Under the pieces are notes generated by a model. It saw only the letters and a list, made by a program, of their open reading frames with translations. It did no database searches and was not told the origin of the DNA. Positions 16,673 through 26,230 of a DNA stretch of 64,000 nt are shown here, piece after piece; position 1 is the first letter of the stretch; every line of letters starts with the position of its first letter. The DNA lies in assembly GCA_963821365.1 (NCBI GenBank), contig CAWGDT010000026.1, forward strand, positions 19,295 through 83,294, read 5' to 3'. The stretch comes from an uncultured Actinomycetes bacterium. Its GTDB lineage: Bacteria > Actinomycetota > Thermoleophilia > Gaiellales > Gaiellaceae. The position numbers were made by a program, and so were the translations under genes.

Positions 16673-16758
16673 GCGAGCGTTGCCGGGCGACCCGGTCCTC
16701 CTCTGCTGGGTCGGCGGCCGCTTCACGTTCGCGGCCGAGCAGCTCCAGCGCCCGGGCG

Positions 16759-17400
16759 TCAGCCGGCGTCCCCGTCCGCCTGAAGCGACGCGAGCGCCTC
16801 GCGCAAACGGGCGACCTCCGATTCGAGCGCGGCGACCCGCGCCGAGAGGTCGGTGGCGGGAAGCGCCGAGACTGGGGTCGGCTGACCACCCGCCGTCCCC
16901 CGCACGCTCGCGCCCTCCTCCCCGCCGAGCAGGTGGCGATACCGCTCCTCCTTCTGCCCGGGACGACGATCGAGCCGCTCGACCAGGTCGCGCTGCGCGA
17001 GCCGATCGAGTGTCTCGTGGATCTCGTCGAGCCCGGAGAACGCGTGCAGCCGCCCCGTCCGCTGGTTCAGCTCGCCCGGCGTCTGCGGCCCCCGCAGCAT
17101 GAGGATGCACAGCACCGCGACCTCGTCTCGTGCGAGGCCGAGCGCCTCGTCGAAGAGCTGCCGGTACTTCGCCGCCCGGCTCCCTGCACCGCTCGCGAGC
17201 CTCGTCCAGCCGCGGCGCGCGAGCCGCTGGAGCGCCTCGTGGATCTCACCCTCGTCGTAGGCGACGATCGGGTCGCGGTTGGTCGTCTGGTTGCAGGCCA
17301 GGCGAAGCGCGTTCAGCGAGAGCGGATACTGGTCGGGCGTCGTCCGCTGCTTCTCGAGGAGGCAGCCGAGCACGCGGAGCTCGACGGGATCGGCGTCCAC
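16759..17400 (-). CDS. YceH/DUF480 family protein
   Basis: ELRVLGCLLEKQRTTPDQYPLSLNALRLACNQTTNRDP...LMLRGPQTPGEL...RPGQKEERYRHLLG. Confidence 0.92.
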   Translation of the reverse strand: MDADPVELRVLGCLLEKQRTTPDQYPLSLNALRLACNQTTNRDPIVAYDEGEIHEALQRLARRGWTRLASGAGSRAAKYRQLFDEALGLARDEVAVLCILMLRGPQTPGELNQRTGRLHAFSGLDEIHETLDRLAQRDLVERLDRRPGQKEERYRHLLGGEEGASVRGTAGGQPTPVSALPATDLSARVAALESEVARLREALASLQADGDAG

Positions 17401-17421
17401 GGGCGAAGCGTACGCTGCGCC

Positions 17422-17922
17422 ATGTCCGTGGACATCCCCATTCGCGACAGCTACCGGGTCGCCGACGGCCTCCTGGCCGGCGAGTACCCGGGGTCGACAG
17501 ACCCCGACGAGGCCGCACGCCGGCTTCGGGCCTTCGCACGACACGGGGTCACCCTCTTCGTCGACCTGACGCATCCTTCCGACCCGCTCGAGCCGTACGA
17601 CCGTCTGCTCGACGGTGACGCGACGCGAGTCGCCCATCCGATCGTCGACTTCGGGACGACCACCGTGCCGCACATGGTGAGGATCCTCGACGACGTCGAC
17701 GCGGCGATCGACGGCGGCGGCATCGCGTACGTGCACTGCTGGGGTGGGATCGGCCGGACGGGCACCGCCGTAGGCTGCTGGCTGATGCGCCACGGGCTCG
17801 ACGGCGGCGACCCGATCCGCCGGATCGCGGAGCTCCGCCGCGACGTGTCTGACGCGTACGTCGCATCCCCCCAGACGTCTGCGCAGCGTGCGATGGTTCG
17901 CGCGTGGAAGCGGGGTCGCTGA
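17422..17922 (+). CDS. Dual-specificity/protein-tyrosine phosphatase-like protein
   Basis: LLAGEYPG, and the CX5R P-loop VHCWGGIGRTG. Confidence 0.88.
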   Translation: MSVDIPIRDSYRVADGLLAGEYPGSTDPDEAARRLRAFARHGVTLFVDLTHPSDPLEPYDRLLDGDATRVAHPIVDFGTTTVPHMVRILDDVDAAIDGGGIAYVHCWGGIGRTGTAVGCWLMRHGLDGGDPIRRIAELRRDVSDAYVASPQTSAQRAMVRAWKRGR

Positions 17923-18437
17923 GCGCGCTCGTCGACGCAGTGCTGCCGCGTGCCTGGATGCGCGAGTCGGCATGGCACGGCGAGGTCCACTGGCGCTGCG
18001 TCACGGCGACGGCGCTCGCACTGGCCGCGGTGGACGAGCGCGTCGACCGCTCGCTCGTCTTCTGCTTCGGGCTGCTCCACGACACGCGGCGCGAGAACGA
18101 GGCCGTCGACCCGAAGCACGGGCCGCGAGCCGCCGAATTCGCAGGCACCCTCCGCGAGGAGGGGGTGCTGCTCCTGACCGCGGAGCGCTTCGCCGCTCTC
18201 ACAGAGGCGCTCCGGTTGCACTCGGACGGACAGGTCTCGCCCGACCCGACCATCGGCACGTGCTGGGATGCCGACCGGCTGCACCTCCCTCGCGTGTCGA
18301 TCGAGCCAGACCCCGCCTTCCTCTCGACGCGCGCCGCGCAGGGACCAGCACGGCTGTCCGACGCGGAGGCGCTTCGCAGGGACGGCCCGCCGGAGTGGGA
18401 CGCGCTGGTCGGGCTCGTTTCCGCGCCGCGCGCTTGA
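17904..18437 (+). CDS. HD-domain protein
   Basis: HGEVHW...LLHDTRRENE...HGPRAA...H...CWDADRLHL gives the H...HD...D metal ligands. Overlaps the phosphatase stop. Confidence 0.8.
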   Translation: MEAGSLSALVDAVLPRAWMRESAWHGEVHWRCVTATALALAAVDERVDRSLVFCFGLLHDTRRENEAVDPKHGPRAAEFAGTLREEGVLLLTAERFAALTEALRLHSDGQVSPDPTIGTCWDADRLHLPRVSIEPDPAFLSTRAAQGPARLSDAEALRRDGPPEWDALVGLVSAPRA

Positions 18438-18563
18438 CACCTGGATCGGCACGGGCCGACCAGGCGCTCCCGGTTCACGGGGCGGCGGACGTCGTCGTCG
18501 CCGTCACGGAGATGGCACGAAGTCGGCACAGACACGGCACACGTTCGGCTGCACGCTTTCGTC

Positions 18564-18860
18564 ATGGACGACGAGCACTGCATCGAGCACGCCGTCGACG
18601 GAGCGGAGCCGTCGACCGGCAGCCGGCCCGAGGACGGGCCGTTCCCGGCATCGGTGCCCAGCTGGATCGCGCTGCCGGTCGGGCGGGCCGAGACGGGCCC
18701 GTCGATCGCGGAGCTCGTCGAGGCCGTCCGCGCCGCCGGCGGAATGGTCGGAGGGGACGCGCTGTTCGATCCCCGCTACGAGCCCGAGATGCGCCGCTTC
18801 CTGATCAGGGCGCTGGAGATGGAGGGGATTCCGGTCCCGAAGGGAGGTGGTACGCCATGA
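18564..18860 (+). CDS. Hypothetical 98-aa protein
   Basis: Almost all codons end in G or C in this frame. No family recognised. The 3' end overlaps the convergent GNAT gene. Confidence 0.5.
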   Translation: MDDEHCIEHAVDGAEPSTGSRPEDGPFPASVPSWIALPVGRAETGPSIAELVEAVRAAGGMVGGDALFDPRYEPEMRRFLIRALEMEGIPVPKGGGTP

Positions 18861-19338
18861 GGAGCGCGTCCAGGGCGACGCCGTCGCGAAGGTAGTGGCG
18901 TCGGCGAAGGCCTTCGCGCTCGAACCCGAAGCCCTCGTACAACCGAATCGCCGGCTCGTTCCAGGGAAACACGTGAAGCTCGAGCTTGCTGACGCCGACC
19001 GCACGAGCCCAGCCGACGGCCGCCTCGATGAGCGCGCGCCCGATGCCCCTGCGTCGATGGCTCGCCGCGACCATCATCCCGAGGTCCGCGACGTGGACGC
19101 TCGCCGGATGCGGGTCCCTCGCAAGAGAGAGGCGTCCGACGATCCGGTCGCCGTCGAGCGCGACGAGAACCGCGGCGTCGGCGTGACGACGTACCGCCTT
19201 CAGGTAGCGGCGCTCGTCGGCCACGGGCCGCCATGCCTCGGTCGTCAGGAGCCAGCCCTCCGGCTCCTGGCCGATCGTGGCCGCGAGCGCCACGAGCGCC
19301 GCCGCGTCCGACCCCTCGGCGTGCCTGATGGCGATCAC
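18805..19338 (-). CDS. GNAT family N-acetyltransferase
   Basis: IRHAEGSDA...LGMMVAASHRRRGIGRALI...KLELHVFPWNEPAIRLYEGFGFEREG. Confidence 0.9.
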   Translation of the reverse strand: MIAIRHAEGSDAAALVALAATIGQEPEGWLLTTEAWRPVADERRYLKAVRRHADAAVLVALDGDRIVGRLSLARDPHPASVHVADLGMMVAASHRRRGIGRALIEAAVGWARAVGVSKLELHVFPWNEPAIRLYEGFGFEREGLRRRHYLRDGVALDALLMAYHLPSGPESPPSPAP

Positions 19339-20705
19339 GCGACCACGACTCCATGACCCCCGCGGCGCGGGTCGCCGGCGGCGCCGAGGACGCCGTTCGC
19401 GCGACGCTCCACGGCCGAGACGCCCCCGAAGAACAGGTTGCGGCCCGACCAGCGGCGGACGTCGAATCCGTCGTCCTCGAGCGCGAGCGCGACGTCGTCC
19501 GCCCAACCGCCCTCGACGTGTGCGGTCTCGCCGTCCACGTGCAGGCGAGCGCGCGAGATGGCCTCGGCGACGGGCAGGCCCTGACCGACGACCGCCTCGA
19601 CGACCTGGAGGATGGCACCCGCCAGCCTGACCGAGCCTGCGCTTCCCGCGACGAGCCGCGGCGCGCCTTCCTCGTCGAGGACCAGGGTCGGCGTCATCAT
19701 GCTCGGCAGCCGGGCACCGGCTTCGCGCGGCTCGTCGCCGATGACGTCGAGCTCGCCGAGCATGTTGTTGAGCTGGAAACCCTGCCGGAACACGCCCGAG
19801 CCCGACCCGAGCGTCGAAGACAGGCCGACCGCAGCGCGGTCGCCGTCGACGACCGAGACGTGCGTCGTCCCCGTGGGGCGCGCACCGGCGGCGAGGCCGT
19901 CGGCCCCGTAGGCTCGGGCGAGCGCCGCGGCGAGCGCGCGCGCCTCGGCAGCCGAGCCCGGCCGGCCCCGTTCCTGCGCGTCCAGCGCCGAGAGGCCCGC
20001 CTGGACGATCGCGCCGCCGCGCGAGGGCTCCGGCGTCGTGAGAACCGTCGTGCCGGCAAACGTCCCCTCGAGCGGGGTCTCCTCGTTGACGCGGTATCGC
20101 TCGATGTCCTCGGCGAGCTCCGGGAGCAGGATCGCGACGGCCTCCGCACCGGCATCCCGGAGCAGTCGGAGCGTGGGCACGAGATCGGTCGCGTCGATCT
20201 GCCCGGGCGTGCCGTAGATGGTCCGCCCGCCGGGCTCTCGCTGCAGGATCGGCAGGAGGATCTCGTGGAGGAATGCCTGCGCCTCCGTCGCCGCGAACGG
20301 ACGGGCCGCGAGCTCGAGCGCGGGAACGAAGAGCGACGGCCACGGCAGGCGGCCGCGTCGCTCGTGCGACTCCTGCAGCCCTGAGAGAAGCCCCGGCACG
20401 GCAACGGACGCCTCGCCCACGTGGAACACCTGGGAGGAGGCGTCGGCGAAGTCGATCTCCACCTCGTCCATGGCCCCGCCCGGCGCGGATGGGACTGCGA
20501 AGAAGCAGTCGAGCACCGACGGCGTCCCGCCTGGCTCGTCGAGGATGACGAAGCCGCCGCCGCACGGCCCCGTCAGCGGGCCCTCCGTCACGAACGCGGC
20601 GAAGACCGCGGCCAGGGCTGCGTCGACGCAGGTCCCTCCCTCGCGCAGCGCCCAGGCACCGGCTTCTGCCGTGTGTCGGTTTCCGGCTGCGACGGCACCG
20701 CGCAT
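19335..20705 (-). CDS. Gamma-glutamyltransferase family protein
   Basis: GAVAAGNRHTAEAG...VDAA...GPCGGGF...VAVPG, autocleavage site GTTHVSVVD, NNMLGE, SMMTPT, GDPRRGG. Confidence 0.9.
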   Translation of the reverse strand: MRGAVAAGNRHTAEAGAWALREGGTCVDAALAAVFAAFVTEGPLTGPCGGGFVILDEPGGTPSVLDCFFAVPSAPGGAMDEVEIDFADASSQVFHVGEASVAVPGLLSGLQESHERRGRLPWPSLFVPALELAARPFAATEAQAFLHEILLPILQREPGGRTIYGTPGQIDATDLVPTLRLLRDAGAEAVAILLPELAEDIERYRVNEETPLEGTFAGTTVLTTPEPSRGGAIVQAGLSALDAQERGRPGSAAEARALAAALARAYGADGLAAGARPTGTTHVSVVDGDRAAVGLSSTLGSGSGVFRQGFQLNNMLGELDVIGDEPREAGARLPSMMTPTLVLDEEGAPRLVAGSAGSVRLAGAILQVVEAVVGQGLPVAEAISRARLHVDGETAHVEGGWADDVALALEDDGFDVRRWSGRNLFFGGVSAVERRANGVLGAAGDPRRGGHGVVVA

Positions 20706-20719
20706 GCAGTGAGCGTAAA

Positions 20720-21087
20720 CAGAGCTGGAGCACGAGGAGGCGGCGCGCTCGGGCCGGGCAGTCGTGCCCCGTTCCCCGGGCGTCCGGCCCGAGCCAGTAC
20801 GCGACGCTTGCCCGCCAGTCGGCGTGGAACGCAAGGTGCGTCGCCCCGAGCAGCCGCCCATCGCGCACGATGCCGAGCTCCGCGACTGTTCCGGCGTTCC
20901 AGCATGCTTCAGCCTCGGCGAGTAGCTCGTCGGCGGCGGCCACGGTGAACGGGTCGGGGAGCGTGGTCCAGCGGAGGATCGCAGGGTCTCGACAAGCGTC
21001 GGCGATCGCGTCGCGGTCGTTCGACGCCAGCCTCCGGAGCTCGAACTCCCCGTCGCGCAGCGTCAGCGTTTTCGGGAGAAGCGGCAC
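20720..21087 (-). pseudogene. 3'-truncated RimJ/RimL-type GNAT acetyltransferase
   Basis: [21 protein letters not shown]...DPAILRWTTLPDPFT...ASVAYWLGPDARG. It then loses frame and runs into the GGT -10 box and start. The C-terminal third is absent. Confidence 0.6.
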
Positions 21088-21130
21088 GTCCGATGCACCG
21101 TAGCCGGTCGCCCGCCCTCGGTCAGGCCGC

Positions 21131-22687
21131 TCAGCGGAGGAAGCTCGGCAGCTCGCGCTCCGCTTCGCTCGTGGCGCGCGGGCTGCGCCGACGTCGCCAT
21201 CGCCGTCGCGACCGGGCGTGAAGGATGTGCGACGCGCGCGCCGAGGCCGGTCGCCACGACCGTCACCCAGACCTGGCCGGTCAACCGCTCGTCGACCGTC
21301 GCGCCGAAGATGATGTTCGTCTCGTCGGTCGCCGCATGGCGCACGACCTCGGCCGCCTCGTTCACCTCGAGGAGCGTCAGGTCGTCGCCGCCCGCGATGG
21401 AGAGCAGGATGCCCCGCGCTCCGACGATCTCGGTGTCGATCAGCGGCGAGCGGAGTGCGCGCTCGGCGGCCTCGCGGGCGCGGTTCTCGTGAGCCTCCGA
21501 GTAGCCGATCCCCATCAGCGCCGAGCCGGCGTCCGTCATCACGGTGCGCACGTCCGCGAAGTCGAGGTTGATGAGGCCGGGCATCGTGATCAGGTCGCAG
21601 ATCCCCTGGACGCCCTGGCGGAGCACGTCGTCGGCGATGCGGAACGCGTCGATCATGGACGTCGAGCGGTCGAGCACCTCGAGCAGCCGGTCGTTGGGGA
21701 TCACGATCACGGTGTCGCACGCCGCGCGGAGAGCCTCGACACCGCTCTCGGCGGCCAGCTTGCGACGCGTGCCCTCGAACTTGAACGGCGTCGTGACGAT
21801 CCCGACGGTGAGGGCGCCGAGCTCGCGCGCGATCCGGGCGACCACCGGTGCAGCACCAGTGCCGGTGCCGCCGCCCTCGCCCGCGGTCACGAACACCATG
21901 TCGCTCCCGCGCAAGGCTGCGCGCACGTGGTCGTAGCCGTCCTCGGCCGCGCGACGACCCGTCTCGGGGTCGGCCCCAGAGCCGAGGCCCTGGGTGATCG
22001 CCTCACCGATGTGGATCTTCACCGGCGCGTCGGAGAGCTCGAGCTGCTGCGCGTCGGTGTTGACCGCGACGAAGTCGACCTGGGCGATGCCGGCATCCAT
22101 CATCCGGTTCACGGCATTGATCCCTGCCCCGCCGACACCTGCCACGCGGATCACGGCGAGATAGGAGGCGACGTCGCCCGCGACGTGGAGGCGTGGCGCG
22201 CTCTCGGGCATCGGCGTCACGAAGCGGCTCGCGGGCGGCGCGTACGGCTCGGCGCGCTCGGGTGCCACCTCGACGCGCGGCCCGCGCGCAGGGATGGGCT
22301 GCGGCTCCGCGGACGGCGGAACGAGCTCGACGACCTCCGCGACGGGCTCCTCGACGACAGGCTCGACGGCCGGCTCGGGGTCGGGCACCGCGGCGACGGG
22401 CGACTCGGCCGGCTCGGGACGAGCGACCTCGAAGTCGTAGACGTGCTCGACCGTGGCTTCGAGCTCGGTCTCGACGCGGGAGATCGACGTGGGCTCGCTG
22501 TCCGAGCGGAGGCTGCTGCCCGGTCGCGGGAGGCGCCGTCTGAGCCTCCGGAGCCGAGCGGCTCGGCGGCGCGGGGCGGCGGCGGTGCGTCCGCGTCGGG
22601 CTCGCCCTGTGCTCGTTGTGCCGCCTCCGTTGCGCGGAACAGCTCCGCGAGCGGGCCTTCACGCATGCTTGCGCGCTTGCGCGCCAT
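21131..22687 (-). CDS. ftsZ: Cell division protein FtsZ with long N-terminal extension (frameshifts near 22500-22580 and 21180-21240)
   Basis: [53 protein letters not shown]. The conserved C-terminal peptide ELPSFLR* ends at 21131 in another frame. The extension [21 protein letters not shown] starts at ATG 22687 with RBS aaggagg. Confidence 0.85.
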
Positions 22688-23660
22688 CCTCGGCCTCCTT
22701 CGCCGCAACGATCTCGCGCGCCAGCTCGCGGTAGGCCTCCGCGGCGGCGCCGGACGGGTCGTACTTCAGGACGGAGCTGCCCTTGACGGGCGCCTCCGCG
22801 TAGCGAACGGTCTTGCGAATCCTGGTGCGATAGACGAGCTCGCCGAAGTTCTCCTCGAGGATCTCGATCGCCTCGCGCGAGTGCAGCGTCCGGCCGTCGA
22901 ACATCGTGGCGACGATCCCCTCGACCCCGACGTTCGGATTGAGGTTCTCCCGCACCATCGCGAGCGTGTTCTCGAGCTGGACGAGCCCACGCAGCGACAG
23001 GTACTCGCACTGCACCGGGACGATCACGCCGGTGGCCGCGACGAACGCGTTGATCGTGAGCAGCCCGAGCGACGGCGGCGTGTCGATGAGCACGTAGTCG
23101 TAGGAGGCGCGCACCTCGGCGAGCGTCTTCTCGAGCGAGCGCTCGCGGCCGATCATCGCGCTCAGCGCAAGCTCCGCGCCCGCGAGATCGATCGACGCGA
23201 CGGCGAGGTCGACCTCCCGCTGCTCGATCACCTCGGAGATCGGGATCTTGTGGACGAGCACGTCGAACATCGATCGCTCGATCACGTCGGGATTGAGGCC
23301 CTGGCTCATCGTCAGGTTGCCCTGCGGGTCGAGGTCGATGATCAGGACCCGGTACCCCATCTCGTGCAGCGCGACGCCGAGATTGAGCGTGGTCGTGGTC
23401 TTCGCGACGCCGCCCTTCTGGTTTGCGAGCGCGATGACGCGCGTCGCCGTGCCTTGCCGTCCCGGCGCGGCATCGTCCCGGTCGGTCGCAGGAGACGCGA
23501 TCGGCGTGACGCTCGCAGGCTCCGGCTCGGGCACCGGCTCGCTCACCACGAGCGGCTCCACGAGCGGCTCGACGAGCGGCGCGGCGGCCGCCGTGTCGTC
23601 CACCGGCTTGGCCGCAGGCTGCGCCCCGCCAGACCGGGGCAAGAGTCGGATGAGTCCCAT
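22659..23660 (-). CDS. ParA/Soj-family ATPase with A/P-rich N-terminal extension
   Basis: IALANQKGGVAKTTT (deviant Walker A), DLDPQGN, IDTPPSLGLLTINA, PVQCEYLSLRG, TRIRKTVRYAEAP. Confidence 0.92.
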   Translation of the reverse strand: MGLIRLLPRSGGAQPAAKPVDDTAAAAPLVEPLVEPLVVSEPVPEPEPASVTPIASPATDRDDAAPGRQGTATRVIALANQKGGVAKTTTTLNLGVALHEMGYRVLIIDLDPQGNLTMSQGLNPDVIERSMFDVLVHKIPISEVIEQREVDLAVASIDLAGAELALSAMIGRERSLEKTLAEVRASYDYVLIDTPPSLGLLTINAFVAATGVIVPVQCEYLSLRGLVQLENTLAMVRENLNPNVGVEGIVATMFDGRTLHSREAIEILEENFGELVYRTRIRKTVRYAEAPVKGSSVLKYDPSGAAAEAYRELAREIVAAKEAEDGAQARKHA

Positions 23661-23707
23661 GACCACGCCTCGTTCACCGCGGTCCACCCGACTCCTTCAC
23701 GCGACCG

Positions 23708-24661
23708 TCAATCCTCCCCATCCCAGTAGTCGAGCACATCGAGCCGGCCGATCAGGCCGATCCCCCGGATGTTCACCTTGCCGGAGCGAGGGTAGTACGT
23801 CACGTCCCGCGGGTCACGCGTTCCGTACGCGAGCACCCGGAACCCGCTCTCGCCGGCGCGGAGCGCATGCGCGCGTCCCGTCCCCGCCGGCCGTGCCACG
23901 GTGCTGCCCGTCCGGACGGGCAGCGACTCGTGCTCGCCTCCGAAGCGAGGGTGTGGCCAGAGCTCGATGGACCCCGTGCCGTCGAGGACGACGAAGATCT
24001 CCTCCTCGGCACTGTGGGCGTGCGGTGGGTTGAGAAGCTTCCCGGGGGGCACCTCGTACAACCTGAGCCCCGTCTTGAGCGACCCTGCGGCGCGCCCCAG
24101 GTCGCGGACGGAATGCGCGACCGTCTCGCCTGCGCGAACCGTGGGATCGATGTCGACCGCGTTCACGATCCGCCCGGGTCGTTCGGACAGCTCGCCGACC
24201 TCCGGCGCGCCGACGGCGATCTCACGCGTCCACGGGTGGTCCTCGGGCCTCCCCTCGAGCACCCATGTCGGGCCGAGCCACGACACCCCGGCCCGCGGGA
24301 GCAGCGTGTTCGCCGCGTAGTGCCGCTCGCCGAAGGCGAGGACGTCGAGCCCGTCGGCGCCGGCCCGGAGCGTGTGCGCGTGTGCGAGCGCGAGATGCAC
24401 GAGGCAGTCCCCCGGCCCGACCGCGTACGCGGCTTCGCCGGAGCCCTCGGCCTGGACGGAGACGCCCGATCCGTCGAGGACGAAGAAGATCTCCTCCTCG
24501 GAGCCCTCGAGGTGGAGCGGCGTCGACCATTTGTCGGGATCGATCCGGATCCGCCTGACCCCGACCCACTCCGACTCCTCGCCGGTGAGCGACTGCCAGT
24601 GACCCGAGATGTGGCCCGATCCGCGGTGGACGGCGTCGACGTCGTCCCAGTGTGAGATCAC
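23708..24661 (-). CDS. Bicupin (two cupin domains) protein
   Basis: STPLHLEGSEEEIFFVLDGSG and NPPHAHSAEEEIFVVLDGTG. Confidence 0.85.
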   Translation of the reverse strand: MISHWDDVDAVHRGSGHISGHWQSLTGEESEWVGVRRIRIDPDKWSTPLHLEGSEEEIFFVLDGSGVSVQAEGSGEAAYAVGPGDCLVHLALAHAHTLRAGADGLDVLAFGERHYAANTLLPRAGVSWLGPTWVLEGRPEDHPWTREIAVGAPEVGELSERPGRIVNAVDIDPTVRAGETVAHSVRDLGRAAGSLKTGLRLYEVPPGKLLNPPHAHSAEEEIFVVLDGTGSIELWPHPRFGGEHESLPVRTGSTVARPAGTGRAHALRAGESGFRVLAYGTRDPRDVTYYPRSGKVNIRGIGLIGRLDVLDYWDGED

Positions 24662-24864
24662 GCCCGGATCATGTCACGCGCCAACGCCTGCCGTAACCGC
24701 GCCACGGCGACGTCACCGGCATCACCTCCTTCGACCCGGACCCACGCCTCCGCCTCCTGGAGGAGGGCGCGGAGCTCCCCGAGCAGCTCGACCGGGCCCG
24801 CGTTCGCCCGTCGCATGGACTCGATCCGCTCGAACCGCTCGAGGACGCTCCGTGCTTCCTCCAT
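24658..24864 (-). CDS. Hypothetical 68-aa helical protein
   Basis: MEEARSVLERFERIE...LQEAEAWVRVEGG. Its stop overlaps the cupin start by 4 nt. Confidence 0.65.
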   Translation of the reverse strand: MEEARSVLERFERIESMRRANAGPVELLGELRALLQEAEAWVRVEGGDAGDVAVARLRQALARDMIRA

Positions 24865-24960
24865 GCAGCGACGGTAGCCCCGAGCCTGTCACGGGTGTGC
24901 GCCGTCTTCGTGCCGTCTCGGTGACGGGTTCTCCACAACCCCGAGGCGCGTGCGCGGCCG

Positions 24961-26187
24961 CTACGACGCGACGCGAAGCCGGGCGGGCCCGCCGAGCCCC
25001 AGCAGCATCCGATCGAGCCGCACGACGAGCGCGGGCCGGTCGCCGTCGCGGAGCACCTCGACGAGGGCGCGCCGGACCGCGTCCCCGGCGGCCGCGGTCG
25101 CCTCTCCGCCGTCCGCGAGGGCGGCGAGAGCGCCGTGGAGCGCCTCGCGCCGTTCTCCGTCGGTCTCGAGCAGCACCGCCGCTCGCAGCGGCCAGGTCGT
25201 CCCGAGCAGCGCGTCGAGCGACGAGCGGAGCTGCTCGGAGCGGAACGGCTCGTGCTGGAAGAGCGAGAGCTCCCACCGATCGAGCGCCTCGGCGAGGTTC
25301 GTGTCGGCGTCGGCGAGCCCGAGCCGAATGAGCAGCTCCGCCGCGAGCGGGGCGCGGAACTCGTCCAGCCTCGTCGCCTCGCCCGGGGGCTGCGTCGCCG
25401 CGATCGGGAGCACCGGGCGGATCCCGTACGGCCGGCCGTCGAGCGTCTCGAACAGCACCGGGCCGGCCGCGAGAGGGGCGGCCGTCGCGAGCCGGATCGC
25501 GGACACCGCGTCCGCGATCTCCGCGGGCGCATCGGGGACGTCCTCCCCGGCGCCGAGCGCCGCGCGCAGCTCGACGACGCAGTAGCGGTCTGCCTCGCGG
25601 CCGAACCCCTGCGGGAGGAGACCCTTGGCCTCCGGCCAGTGGCGGGCGAGCTCCCCGTCCGCGACCGCCCGCACGCGAAGCGACGCGCCGAGCTCGCGCT
25701 GGACGCCGGTCGAGATCCCGACGAGCGGGGCCACGGCGGCATACGTACGGCGCTGGCCGAAGAGCGAAAGCTCGAGCTCCGCGTAGGAGCGGTCGAACGA
25801 CTCGTCGTCCCAGTCGAAGCCGCCGCATGCCTCCGCGACGCGGATCAGCAGGTCGACGAGAACGGTCCGGAAGAGCGCGTCGTCCTCGGACGGGTCACGG
25901 CCCGCGTGCGCGCGCGCGTAGATCGCCGCCGCGGGCTCGCGCGCGAGCTCCTCCAGGGCGATCAGGGCGTCTTCGCGGCCGCGGAGCCGTGGAGCGCGGT
26001 CCTCGACGAAGTCGCGGACGAGGGGCCGGTACTCGTAGAGCGCGGGGCCTGCCTTCCCCTCGTGCTCCTCGAAGGCGAACGGCAGCGACTCGCCCGCGTC
26101 GTCCAGCTCGCGCACGAGGTAGGCGAACGCGCCGAGGGTGAAGGCCCGAAGCGCGAGGTGGAGCTGCGGCGAGCGTGGAGCCACCAC
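24961..26187 (-). CDS. Hypothetical ~408-aa protein
   Basis: Long GC3-rich frame from VVAPRSPQLHLALRAF to RLRVAS*. No confident family assignment. Confidence 0.7.
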   Translation of the reverse strand: MVAPRSPQLHLALRAFTLGAFAYLVRELDDAGESLPFAFEEHEGKAGPALYEYRPLVRDFVEDRAPRLRGREDALIALEELAREPAAAIYARAHAGRDPSEDDALFRTVLVDLLIRVAEACGGFDWDDESFDRSYAELELSLFGQRRTYAAVAPLVGISTGVQRELGASLRVRAVADGELARHWPEAKGLLPQGFGREADRYCVVELRAALGAGEDVPDAPAEIADAVSAIRLATAAPLAAGPVLFETLDGRPYGIRPVLPIAATQPPGEATRLDEFRAPLAAELLIRLGLADADTNLAEALDRWELSLFQHEPFRSEQLRSSLDALLGTTWPLRAAVLLETDGERREALHGALAALADGGEATAAAGDAVRRALVEVLRDGDRPALVVRLDRMLLGLGGPARLRVAS

Positions 26188-26230
26188 GACAGCTACTCGG
26201 CGGGAAGGCCGATCCCTGCCCGAAACGCCC

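Noticed and set aside
18805-21720. 971-aa multi-domain ORF
   Set aside because: A chance open frame in high-GC DNA joining two GNAT segments to off-frame reads of GGT and ftsZ.
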